DNA from: Minisyncoccota bacterium
Lineage (GTDB): Bacteria; Patescibacteriota; Minisyncoccia; Phycocordibacterales; WO2-35-19
DNA: 64,000 nt
Reading direction: 5' to 3'
NCBI GenBank assembly: GCA_036517255.1
Contig: DATDXE010000017.1
Span: 39,599 to 103,598, forward strand
Position numbers and translations under genes: made by a program. This document shows, in pieces, positions 47,474 to 56,075 of the stretch (within the stretch, counting starts at the first letter, position 1; every line of letters starts with the position of its first letter). Below the pieces are notes generated by a model that saw nothing but the letters and a program-made list of their open reading frames with translations, ran no database searches and was not told the DNA's origin.

Positions 47474-47515
47474 AACCAAGGATGACCCTTGGTATACCAA
47501 GGGTCATCCTTGGTT
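47474..47515. repeat. Perfect 42-nt palindrome made of two opposed element copies (AACCAAGGATGACCCTTGGTA | TACCAAGGGTCATCCTTGGTT) between convergent genes
   Basis: Reverse complement of the 21-nt left arm equals the right arm exactly. Confidence 0.65.
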
Positions 47516-47519
47516 AAGC

Positions 47520-48797
47520 CTATCGGCCTAGGATAGAATCTAAAGTGTTTTTCTTTACTACTAACCTTGCAGGAACAAAGCCGGCGATGATAGTGGCGAG
47601 TATGATGAGGAAGGCGCGTAAGAAAGTGCCTGGGACTTCAGCTACTAATATGCCGTCGGAGAATGGGAAGTTGATCGGATGAGCAGCGAAGAATGGCACC
47701 ATAAATCCGTAAAGGAGGGTCATGCCTATAAAGATGCCTAGAGTGGCATAGAAGACTGATTGCAAAACGTATGATATCTCGATCGCTCCTGGAGCAATAC
47801 CGATACCTTTCATAATACCGATAAATTTTCTTCTTGTAATCGCGTTAATAAATACTACGATGAAGATGGTAATAGAGGCGACGACCAGGCTGATCGAGCC
47901 CATGACGTTTCCGAGCATGCCAAAAGTATTTTGAATATCGAGTAGGAACTTCGGCAGTGATTCCTGCCAGGTTTGTACTCGCGATGTTTCCCCTACCCCG
48001 GCTTTAAGCAGAGCTTCTTTTACTAAATAAGGGTCACTTCCTGGTTTTAATTTGATCGCAATTTCGTCCACATTAAAATCGCCTCTTCCGATAAGTGGTC
48101 GTAAACTTCTATCAAGCATAAATATTCGCATGTCGATAGAATCTGTTTTAGATTGCACGATGCCTTTTATCATTACTTCTTTGGTATTACCGCCTACAGT
48201 AAGTCGTACTCTGTCGCCCACAGCTACGTTTTCTAGGAGGGGAAATCCCGGAATGTCGACCGGTAAATATTTTTTAGTTAGGTTGGCGCCGATTAAGATA
48301 GCGTCGGCATCGCCGGAATTAAGGTAGGAACCCTCGATGATTTTGGAAGCCAGATGAGTTGTCGCATCTTCTGTATCAGGATCAATACCAGCGACTACTC
48401 CCCCAGCACTATTTGGATCATCGGCAAGGCGCACTCTTGCTTTGTAATTGGCCTCGATACTTCCTGATTCCATATATCGAGCCGCCACATTTTCCACCCA
48501 AGGCATATTTTTGATCGTGCTCAGTATCGCTGGGCTGTTTTCAATATAATTTTTCTTAGTCAGGTTTGTGATCAAAATATCACCCGAATAATTTTCTACA
48601 TACACGTCAGTCGAACCTTGAAGTAATCCGACTAATATTCCACGCACCACTACTAAATTTAAGAACGTGAGCGTCATCACAAATATAATCAAAAAAGTCG
48701 TCGATTTCCCCGACCTCTTCAGTTGCCGCAGGGCCAAAAAGAACCCAACTTCCATATTGGTTCCCCACCTATTTATTTTTTTAGTTATTCTTTCCAT
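47520..48797 (-). CDS. ABC transporter permease, FtsX/MacB family (large extracytoplasmic domain between TM1 and TM2)
   Basis: 425 aa, 4 TM with C-terminal FtsX-like helices. Confidence 0.8.
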   Translation of the reverse strand: MERITKKINRWGTNMEVGFFLALRQLKRSGKSTTFLIIFVMTLTFLNLVVVRGILVGLLQGSTDVYVENYSGDILITNLTKKNYIENSPAILSTIKNMPWVENVAARYMESGSIEANYKARVRLADDPNSAGGVVAGIDPDTEDATTHLASKIIEGSYLNSGDADAILIGANLTKKYLPVDIPGFPLLENVAVGDRVRLTVGGNTKEVMIKGIVQSKTDSIDMRIFMLDRSLRPLIGRGDFNVDEIAIKLKPGSDPYLVKEALLKAGVGETSRVQTWQESLPKFLLDIQNTFGMLGNVMGSISLVVASITIFIVVFINAITRRKFIGIMKGIGIAPGAIEISYVLQSVFYATLGIFIGMTLLYGFMVPFFAAHPINFPFSDGILVAEVPGTFLRAFLIILATIIAGFVPARLVVKKNTLDSILGR

Positions 48798-49271
48798 TTA
48801 CTTCAACCCTTTGCAGTTTGCCGCTGGAGTATAGCCTGCAGCTCGGGCTTCGTCGATAGAGGTAAAGGTAATTTTATTTTTATCTGATATTTGTTTGGCT
48901 CCAGCACATGTCGGCAGGTGGTACTTGGTGCCGTTTTTTGACGCCACTACCTCAATTTTCCCCAAAGCCTCTTCTTGAGGAATTGTGGCCGCCGCAGGTT
49001 GAGTATTTTTTATAACAGAGGTCTTATTTTTTTCTATATCTTGTTCTTGGTTCTTGATACTTGATACTAAATTTTCTTTTTCTTGCACTACTCTCACTGG
49101 TTCCTTCTCGCTCCTTATTGCAGTAAATCGACCCACACAAAAAGCACTTATTGCTACCAACACTACTACTGCGACCCACCACCAAGTACTTCCCAGAAAC
49201 TTTTCAAACTTGGATTTTAGGCTGTTTTCCTCTTTTTTTTCTAGATCATCTATATTTGCATATTCTTCCAT
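48798..49271 (-). CDS. Membrane-anchored protein with C-terminal Ada-like metal-binding domain
   Basis: …KYHLPTCAGAKQISDKNKITFTSIDEARAAGYTPAANCKGL… matches the Ada N-terminal zinc-binding pattern (YHxPxC…I…N…F…EA…AGYxPC). Confidence 0.45.
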   Translation of the reverse strand: MEEYANIDDLEKKEENSLKSKFEKFLGSTWWWVAVVVLVAISAFCVGRFTAIRSEKEPVRVVQEKENLVSSIKNQEQDIEKNKTSVIKNTQPAAATIPQEEALGKIEVVASKNGTKYHLPTCAGAKQISDKNKITFTSIDEARAAGYTPAANCKGLK

Positions 49272-49294
49272 ATTAGTTTATTATACATCCCAAT

Positions 49295-49567
49295 ATGGCA
49301 CATAAGAAAGCAGCAGGTTCAACTAAAAATGGTAGAGATTCAGGCCCTCAATATCTCGGGGTCAAACTTGGTGCTGGTTCTGTGGCTCAAATCGGCTCTG
49401 TTATTATCCGCCAACGCGGCTCTGCTATCCTACCTGGTAAAAATGTAAAAATGGGTCGCGACCACACCATTTTTTCCTTGAAAGAGGGTAAAGTAGAATT
49501 TTCCTCAAAACGCAAGACTCATTTCGACGGTAAGATTATGGTGAAGAAACTTGTGAGTGTGGTGTAA
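49295..49567 (+). CDS. rpmA: 50S ribosomal protein L27
   Basis: [16 protein letters not shown]…GVK…G…VIIRQRG…. Confidence 0.9.
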   Translation: MAHKKAAGSTKNGRDSGPQYLGVKLGAGSVAQIGSVIIRQRGSAILPGKNVKMGRDHTIFSLKEGKVEFSSKRKTHFDGKIMVKKLVSVV

Positions 49568-50240
49568 GTATATATTTCTTATACCTCACCCCTCTATATA
49601 AGAGCCAGATAATAGCCACGGCGATGGCGAAACGCAGACCTATCAGTTTTATTGTATTTTCTCCTATCACAAAGGCTAAGATGCCCCAGAAGGCACTCCA
49701 TGCGATTATTGTTGGTATGGAATAAAGAAGGAATTTTTTAAATGGAAAATGTAGTATGCCGGCTGATGTAGAAATGAGCGCGGCCAAATTTGGATGCCAG
49801 TAACTCAAGAATATTGCTTTCTTACCGTATTGAGTCAGTTTATTTTGAGCGTCTTCTATCGGTTTTTGAAGCCCAAATTTTAGGAGGATCTTGTACCAAC
49901 CGTATTTTCCAAGTAGATAGTTGCAGGTATAGGCAATGGTGAGGCCGAGACTCACGAGAGTGATGACCAAAGTGACAGCCATTTTATTATTCCCGGCGAA
50001 TATTACCCCCAGGAAAATGACCAAACTCCCTGGGTAATAGAGCCCAGCGAAGAGCATCCCCTCTATAATCGCACTTGCAAGTACTATCCAATATCCATAG
50101 AGGTCGAAATAGTGTCGAGTCGCTAGTATAAGTTCTGTGTCGTTTGGTAAGCCCGACTTTTTCCAAAAAATCCACAACAAAGTAAATACGACGAGGAGTA
50201 CTAAGGGCGCCCCCACTACTCTCCAAATATTCCTAATCAT
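49536..50240 (-). CDS. DedA/SNARE-associated (TVP38/TMEM64) family membrane protein
   Basis: Hydropathy and …[35 protein letters not shown]… DedA core. Confidence 0.7.
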   Translation of the reverse strand: MIRNIWRVVGAPLVLLVVFTLLWIFWKKSGLPNDTELILATRHYFDLYGYWIVLASAIIEGMLFAGLYYPGSLVIFLGVIFAGNNKMAVTLVITLVSLGLTIAYTCNYLLGKYGWYKILLKFGLQKPIEDAQNKLTQYGKKAIFLSYWHPNLAALISTSAGILHFPFKKFLLYSIPTIIAWSAFWGILAFVIGENTIKLIGLRFAIAVAIIWLLYRGVRYKKYILTPHSQVSSP

Positions 50241-50310
50241 GCTTTTATCTTATCATCTTATTGACTTAATAAATTCTTGTAGTATCCTTTTTTATCGGAG
50301 GGAAAAAACT

Positions 50311-50550
50311 ATGAAGTTTAGCTTGTATCGGGTCGCTCTCGCGTGCCTTATTGGCGACTTTGGGTCGGCACTGGTTGGGGTGCTCGGCAGCGAGGCAAAC
50401 AGTGCGAGGCGTCTAATGGTTCAGACTGTGGACCATGTGCTTTTTACAATCTTCGTGATTCTCATTTCTTACCAACTCATCTGTGATATCGTGGATCGGA
50501 AGAATAAAGCCGATGCTCCGGATGATGGACATGGTGAGCAAACAGGTTGA
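50311..50550 (+). CDS. Small hypothetical membrane protein (79 aa)
   Basis: ATG 50311 preceded by GGAGGG RBS; two hydrophobic segments. Confidence 0.3.
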   Translation: MKFSLYRVALACLIGDFGSALVGVLGSEANSARRLMVQTVDHVLFTIFVILISYQLICDIVDRKNKADAPDDGHGEQTG

Positions 50551-50587
50551 GAAGCGGGGGCGTGGAGAGATCCGCGCCCCTTCCGTT

Positions 50588-51031
50588 TTATAATGCCTCA
50601 ACTGATAGAACAAGTTCAGCTTTCTTACCTTCGGTTTTGATTTCTATTCTATGCTCTCCAATTTCTTTTAGCATCCCTTTCATCAGCAAAGATTCTTCCG
50701 GCAATTTGATATTAGTTTGTTCTTCGATTGCTTTTAGAACTTCTGTTTTGTGAATGCCAGCAAACAAATGTCCTGCTTCACTTGCTTTTGATTTGATTAC
50801 AATTTTCTTTTCTGAAAGAGATTCAATGTTTTTTTCCAAGAGTTCTTCTTGAATTTTTCTTTCTTCTTCATCTCTACTTCTCTCTATTTTTAATCTCGCC
50901 ACTTCTTTCTCTGTCGCTACTACTCCCATTTTCCTCGGCAACAAAAAATTCTGCGCATAACCCTCCGCTACATCCTTCACATCTCCCTTCCTTCCTATTC
51001 CCGCTATATCTTTTAGCAAAATTACTTTCAT
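50588..51031 (-). CDS. rplI: 50S ribosomal protein L9
   Basis: MKVILLKDIAGIGRKGDVKDVAEGYAQNFLLPRK…. Confidence 0.85.
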   Translation of the reverse strand: MKVILLKDIAGIGRKGDVKDVAEGYAQNFLLPRKMGVVATEKEVARLKIERSRDEEERKIQEELLEKNIESLSEKKIVIKSKASEAGHLFAGIHKTEVLKAIEEQTNIKLPEESLLMKGMLKEIGEHRIEIKTEGKKAELVLSVEAL

Positions 51032-51032
51032 A

Positions 51033-51314
51033 TTATCCTAACTCGGCTATATCCTTATCTAAAAGATAATACTCTTTTAGAGTAGCTTCTGCTCTTGGAT
51101 CGTCAAAAGGAATAAATTCAAGTTTGCTATCTTCTCTTTTTTTACCGAACCAAAGATGTTTATCACCTGGAGCTGGGTTAGGGTTGATATACATACCTCT
51201 GTCAGGACCGATTCTATTTTGATGAGCAATAACTTCCCTAGCCGCATCCCTTGCTTCTATTTCTTGAGGGCTATTTTCTGGAGAGTCTGCTGTTGGTTGT
51301 GAATTGAAACTCAT
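51033..51314 (-). CDS. Hypothetical protein (93 aa) co-oriented with and abutting rplI
   Basis: ORF only; no family recognised. Confidence 0.35.
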   Translation of the reverse strand: MSFNSQPTADSPENSPQEIEARDAAREVIAHQNRIGPDRGMYINPNPAPGDKHLWFGKKREDSKLEFIPFDDPRAEATLKEYYLLDKDIAELG

Positions 51315-51397
51315 GAATTATAAATTACCTATAATGGAATCATTCTAACCCAATCCTATATATAATTAAAGCTAAAATTGGGTTTAGGGTATTTAAC

Positions 51398-51427
51398 TTG
51401 ACAAGTACCCCAATTTGGGTGTATAAT
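51398..51427 (+). promoter_or_regulatory. Sigma70 promoter TTGACA-N18-TATAAT
   Basis: Hexamers at 51398-51403 and 51422-51427. Confidence 0.45.
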
Positions 51428-51575
51428 ACAGGAGGTAAATCCATTGCCAAAACCTTGGCTATCGGTAGAGGTGAAGTGCTTTTCCAGAGGAACGCAAACC
51501 CACTGGATCGAGACACATAGTCTCCACCTCGTAGTAACTTGTCAAAGGCAAAATCTCTCGAAAGGAGATAGTAGT

Positions 51576-52211
51576 ATGAAAACCAAAAGTGCAATTTTCC
51601 AGATGTACGCCCCAACGGACAGCGAGGTTCCCTCGCATGAATCCGGCCCGGGCCTGCCGGTGGTGTTATTTTTGGCTTTTGTTGCTGTGGTGGTTGGAGT
51701 TATTTACTCTCTGCATACCAACAAAGAGGGATACTCCCTGGCGGCTCTAGTGATGTTGGTTGCCTTAGAGGCTATGTGCCTCTGCACCATCATAATCCTC
51801 CTCCTCGACAAAAAACGGGGCGGGTGGGAGAGGCTTACCACAGATTACAAGCTCCGCATCGTGCAAGCAAAGGCTGACGAGCTCCAATATCTTTTGGGGT
51901 GGCACTTCGCCAAGGACCTACTCTTCAGGATGACCGAGGAGGAAATCCGAGAACGCGCCCACTCTGTATTGCTCTGGGCCGTGAAGGACATTTTGGAAGC
52001 CCAGAGCAACCGGAGTGGGATCCCAAGGATCGATTCGCCCACGGTTCGTCAGTATATCGACGAAGCCACCAATTCTCACAGATCAGGACTCGAAGCCGAC
52101 CTCGGAAAACTCTATGATGGTCTGCTTCGATTCGGAGTCGTCGAGTCGGGCGGGTACGGCAAGTACTTCGATGAGGTGCGGGAAAAGTATCCGCACCTCT
52201 CTGAAATGTAG
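51576..52211 (+). CDS. Hypothetical membrane protein (211 aa, 2 TM) in higher-GC DNA
   Basis: ATG 51576 with AAAGGAGA RBS; ORF-track start 51444 (TTG) would lie upstream of the predicted transcript start. Confidence 0.45.
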   Translation: MKTKSAIFQMYAPTDSEVPSHESGPGLPVVLFLAFVAVVVGVIYSLHTNKEGYSLAALVMLVALEAMCLCTIIILLLDKKRGGWERLTTDYKLRIVQAKADELQYLLGWHFAKDLLFRMTEEEIRERAHSVLLWAVKDILEAQSNRSGIPRIDSPTVRQYIDEATNSHRSGLEADLGKLYDGLLRFGVVESGGYGKYFDEVREKYPHLSEM

Positions 52212-52241
52212 TTGTGTAGGAGTAACTCTCCAGCACACCAA

Positions 52242-52265
52242 GGGCCGCGCGGCAACGCGCGGCCC
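52242..52265. terminator. Perfect hairpin GGGCCGCGCG-gcaa-CGCGCGGCCC between convergent genes
   Basis: 10-bp inverted repeat read directly. Confidence 0.55.
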
Positions 52266-53560
52266 TATTTCGTATTCAAAAACTCCACCGCTCTCTCTAG
52301 TACCCTGTCCTTACCAGAAGCTACATCTTCCGCCGTATTTTTTATTTCTATTTTAGGCAACAGGCCCCCATTTGATATCGAGTTACCGAGCGGGGTGAGC
52401 CAGTGAGCGATAGTCACTTTAAGTGATGTGTCCCCTGTTATATCGACGAGTTCCTGCACCGAACCTTTCCCAAATGTTTTTTCACCGATAAGAACGGCTT
52501 TGCCGTGCTCACTCAAAGCTCCAGCCAAAATTTCGGAAGCTGAGGCTGAACCGCCATTTACTAGGATGACAAATTTCAAATTTTTGTTGAATATATCGTA
52601 ACCATAACTCCTATGTTCTACATTTTCTCTCTTACCTCCAAAATCTTCCGACACGATTATCTCTCCAGTTGGCAGGAACCAGCTTGCCATCGATACTGCC
52701 GCTTCCAAGTAACCTCCTGGATTATTGCGTAAATCCAAGATTAATTTATCTGAACCTGATTCGACGAATTGTCGGAGAGCTTGTCTGAACAAATTTGCTG
52801 AATTTTCGGAGAAGCTGAAAAGTTGTATGAGGTAGGCTCCGCTTGGAAGTTTTTTGTAATCAATAGTTGGGATGTTGATCGTATCGCGAACTATACTTTT
52901 TACTAGTGGTTCTTTCACTCCGTCCCGAGCGAAAGTGATAGTGACAGCAGTTCCCTGCTCTCCTCTTATGAGTGAAATAGCTTCTTCGGTCGACATTTTC
53001 ACTGCGTTGGTGTCGCCTATCTGCAATATTTTATCGCCCGCTTTTACTCCAGCTTTCTCCGCTGGAGTATCTTTGAGTGGAGCGATGACAGTCAGGATGC
53101 CGCTTTGTGAAGCGATTTCCATACCTACTCCACTAAACGAACCTCTTATTTCTTCGGCAAACATTTTTGATTCGACTGGAGGAAAGAAAACAGTGTAAGG
53201 GTCGCCATAAGCGGAGGCCAAACCTTCGATCGCTCCCCAAACTTTTTTGTCGGAGGTTAGAGCAGTCGTGTTGGTACTTGTCGAAGATACAAATTTTTCT
53301 TCGAGTACCCTCCAAGTTTCCCAAAATGGATCAAAATTTACATCAGCTATTTCGCTCTCTGGAACTCCGCCTATGTTTATGACAGCTCTTTTTTCTTCTT
53401 TCCCTTTTCCAAAATAAAAACCAGCGCCAAATATGAGGCCGATCAAAGCTATGGAAACAAATGTCTGGGTCAGGGTGCCCTTGTATGTGGATAAAGGCGA
53501 GGCGGTAAATTTCTCTTTAATATTGAACATTGATACAATTGTATCAAAGTGATCACTCAT
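52265..53560 (-). CDS. ctpA: Carboxyl-terminal processing protease (peptidase S41) with PDZ domain and N-terminal membrane anchor
   Basis: PDZ …GVKAGDKILQIGD… and …LILDLRNNPGGYL… S41 motif; start placed at ATG 53560 (ORF-track start 53674 also possible). Confidence 0.75.
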   Translation of the reverse strand: MSDHFDTIVSMFNIKEKFTASPLSTYKGTLTQTFVSIALIGLIFGAGFYFGKGKEEKRAVINIGGVPESEIADVNFDPFWETWRVLEEKFVSSTSTNTTALTSDKKVWGAIEGLASAYGDPYTVFFPPVESKMFAEEIRGSFSGVGMEIASQSGILTVIAPLKDTPAEKAGVKAGDKILQIGDTNAVKMSTEEAISLIRGEQGTAVTITFARDGVKEPLVKSIVRDTINIPTIDYKKLPSGAYLIQLFSFSENSANLFRQALRQFVESGSDKLILDLRNNPGGYLEAAVSMASWFLPTGEIIVSEDFGGKRENVEHRSYGYDIFNKNLKFVILVNGGSASASEILAGALSEHGKAVLIGEKTFGKGSVQELVDITGDTSLKVTIAHWLTPLGNSISNGGLLPKIEIKNTAEDVASGKDRVLERAVEFLNTK

Positions 53561-53626
53561 TATCAAAAAAAATATTCTTCTTGGCTCGATGTTAGTTTGC
53601 CTCAAAAGGAAGAGATAGAGAAAATT

Positions 53627-54454
53627 ATGCGTGAATACGGACTCGATTCTTCCATCGCAAATGATTTGTTGCATCCTACTCCCAAGCCGAAAGTAGTTGC
53701 TTCAGGCGACAAGCTCTACACCGTGGTCCATATTCCTGTTCTTAAACACAGTCACTCTGGTACAAGTAGTGAACAGGAAATAGATTTCGTCATTGGTCGT
53801 AAAGTTCTTATTACTGTGCGCTATGACACGATCGACGCTCTTTATAAATATGCCAAAGAATCGGAAGTGAAGGAGATGCTCGAACGCGAGGAAGGCGGTA
53901 ACCACACTTTCGTAGAAATCATGACAGGAATTTATACCTGCCTTTTTGATGAACTTTTATTCATTGAAGATAGATTAAATGGTATAGAGAAAAAAATATT
54001 TCAAGGAAAAGAAAAAGAGATGGTTCTCCATATATCCAAAGTTGGTCGCGACCTACTTAATTTTAGAAGGGTGATCGAGCCTCATGGACAGATGTTTGCT
54101 GAACTGAAGCTTCTCGGTACTGAAGTTTTAGGTAAGAAGTTTAATACTGAAATGGATGAACTTATCGAGGAATGGCAGCGTTTGGTAAAATCGGCTAACG
54201 ATCATGCTAATTTCCTTTCAGAACTTCGAGAGACGAATAATTCCCTTCTTTCTACCAAACAGAATGAAGTGATGAAAACTCTCACCGTTCTCGCTTCTAT
54301 GACTATTCCCGCTTCTATTATCGCTTCCATCTTCAACATGGCAGTCGATCTGCCCCTGGTTGACCGGGCAGACGCTTTCTATATAATCATCGCCAGCATG
54401 ATAGGGCTTTCGCTCTGCATGTTTGCCTTCTTCAAAATAAAAAAGTGGCTATAG
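53627..54454 (+). CDS. CorA-family divalent-cation transporter-like protein lacking the canonical GMN motif
   Basis: Two C-terminal TM helices and terminal …FKIKKWL; position expected for YGMNF reads …IFNMAVD…; ATG 53627 preferred over GTG 53549. Confidence 0.6.
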   Translation: MREYGLDSSIANDLLHPTPKPKVVASGDKLYTVVHIPVLKHSHSGTSSEQEIDFVIGRKVLITVRYDTIDALYKYAKESEVKEMLEREEGGNHTFVEIMTGIYTCLFDELLFIEDRLNGIEKKIFQGKEKEMVLHISKVGRDLLNFRRVIEPHGQMFAELKLLGTEVLGKKFNTEMDELIEEWQRLVKSANDHANFLSELRETNNSLLSTKQNEVMKTLTVLASMTIPASIIASIFNMAVDLPLVDRADAFYIIIASMIGLSLCMFAFFKIKKWL

Positions 54455-54570
54455 GATTAATTTCTAATTTTTAGTTCCTAATTTTTATTTAATTATTAAT
54501 GTGTTAATGTTTGGAAATTCCTAAATTTAGTCATTGATTAAAAATTTTAAATTAAAAATTGAAAATTAAG

Positions 54571-56004
54571 ATGGATATCAAACTTCAGAACACACTTACG
54601 GGAGAGAAGGAAAGATTCTCGTCAATATCTGATGGCACAGTCAGTATGTATCACTGCGGACCGACAGTTTACGGTAGGCAGCATATTGGCAACCTCTCCA
54701 TGTTTGTTTTCACCGATGTTTTGCGAAGAACTTTTGAGTATTTTGATTATAAAGTAAATCAAGTGATAAATATTACTGACTTCGGACACCTTTCTGGTGA
54801 CAACGAAGGTAATGCCGATATAGGGGAAGATAAAATGACTAAAGGTTTGAAAGCTGAAGGTCTAGAAATAAATATGGAGAATATGAAAGTGCTGGCCAAA
54901 AAGTATGCGGACATTTTCAAAGCCGATCTGGAACAACTTAATATCAAGAAACCTTCCCACTTTCCTTTTGCATCTGACTATATAGAAGAGCAAAAAAAAC
55001 TAATAGAAAAATTAGAAGAAAAAGGTCTCGCTTATATTATTAGTGATGGAGTTTATTTTGATACGGAAAAGTTCCCAAATTATGGCAAGCTCGGCCCCCA
55101 CTCCGTCAAAGACTTCGCGGGGCAAGCAAGGATTAGTGAAAATCTGGAAAAGAAAAACCCTAAAGATTTTGTTTTATGGAAAATTTCAGAGGTTCCCCCG
55201 ATGTCTGACATAGGGAAACAGGAATTAGGTTGGGAGAGCAAATGGGGCCGAGGCTTCCCGGGTTGGCATATCGAATGTACCGCTATGATTTTTGCTTTGC
55301 TCGGTGAGCAGATTGATATCCATACCGGAGGGATCGAACACATAGGTGTACATCACAATAATGAAATCGCTCAGGCCGAAGCGGCGTCGGGCAAATCCCC
55401 TTTCTCCCGCTTCTGGCTGCACCGCGAACATATTCGCATTGACGACACGAAACTCTCAAAATCGACTGGCAACGTGCTCTACCTTTCTGACCTCAAAGAA
55501 CGCGGCATCCACCCGCTCTCTTACCGCTACTGGCTTTTGACTAGCCGCTACAACACCCCAAGCAATTTTACCTGGGAAGCTGTGGAGGGAGCGCAGGTGG
55601 CGCTTGAAAAAATCGTCGCGGAATATGCCGAAAAACCAAGGATGACCCTTGGTTCCGGAATTGCCGAAGGCGAACCAAAGGTCATCTTTAGTTTTTCTGA
55701 AGCTATTGCAGATGATCTCAATACTCCCGTTGCTATTGCTTTGCTTCAAGAAATAAATGACAAAGAAACTATAAATAAAATGGATCAGGTTTTGGGTTTA
55801 AACATAAAAAAATTAGCAGAACAGATTCGGGAAATCCCTGATGAAATAAAAGATTTACAAAAACAACGTGATGAGGCTCGCAAAAACAATGATTATAAAC
55901 TCTCCGATGAATTGCGCGACAAAATTGAGCATGCCGGTTTTATGGTAAAAGACACGGGCAATTCTAGTCTTATTTTAAGATCTCTCTCTACTATTGCCCA
56001 ATAA
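54571..56004 (+). CDS. cysS: Cysteine--tRNA ligase
   Basis: …MYHCGPTVYGRQHIGN… (HIGH-type) and …KLSKSTGN… (KMSKS); ATG 54571 (ORF track begins at TTG 54559). Confidence 0.9.
   Translation: MDIKLQNTLTGEKERFSSISDGTVSMYHCGPTVYGRQHIGNLSMFVFTDVLRRTFEYFDYKVNQVINITDFGHLSGDNEGNADIGEDKMTKGLKAEGLEINMENMKVLAKKYADIFKADLEQLNIKKPSHFPFASDYIEEQKKLIEKLEEKGLAYIISDGVYFDTEKFPNYGKLGPHSVKDFAGQARISENLEKKNPKDFVLWKISEVPPMSDIGKQELGWESKWGRGFPGWHIECTAMIFALLGEQIDIHTGGIEHIGVHHNNEIAQAEAASGKSPFSRFWLHREHIRIDDTKLSKSTGNVLYLSDLKERGIHPLSYRYWLLTSRYNTPSNFTWEAVEGAQVALEKIVAEYAEKPRMTLGSGIAEGEPKVIFSFSEAIADDLNTPVAIALLQEINDKETINKMDQVLGLNIKKLAEQIREIPDEIKDLQKQRDEARKNNDYKLSDELRDKIEHAGFMVKDTGNSSLILRSLSTIAQ
55634..55654. repeat. Palindromic element copy AACCAAGGATGACCCTTGGTT in-frame inside cysS
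   Basis: Read directly; encodes …KPRMTLGS…. Confidence 0.55.
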
Positions 56005-56005
56005 A

Positions 56006-56034
56006 CTTGACGGATGATTATTAATTTGCTATAA
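56006..56034 (+). promoter_or_regulatory. Sigma70 promoter TTGACG-N17-TATAAT with downstream RBS AGGAGGG
   Basis: Hexamers at 56006-56011 and 56029-56034. Confidence 0.5.
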
Positions 56035-56075
56035 TACTAGAGGATAGGTAGTTTGTCAGTCTACAGGAGGGAAAC

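Noticed and set aside
51444-51575. TTG-initiated 44-aa extension of the 51576 gene with an apparent AGGAGG RBS
   Set aside because: The predicted transcription start from the -10 at 51422-51427 falls inside that RBS, so it would not be in the mRNA; ATG 51576 has its own RBS.
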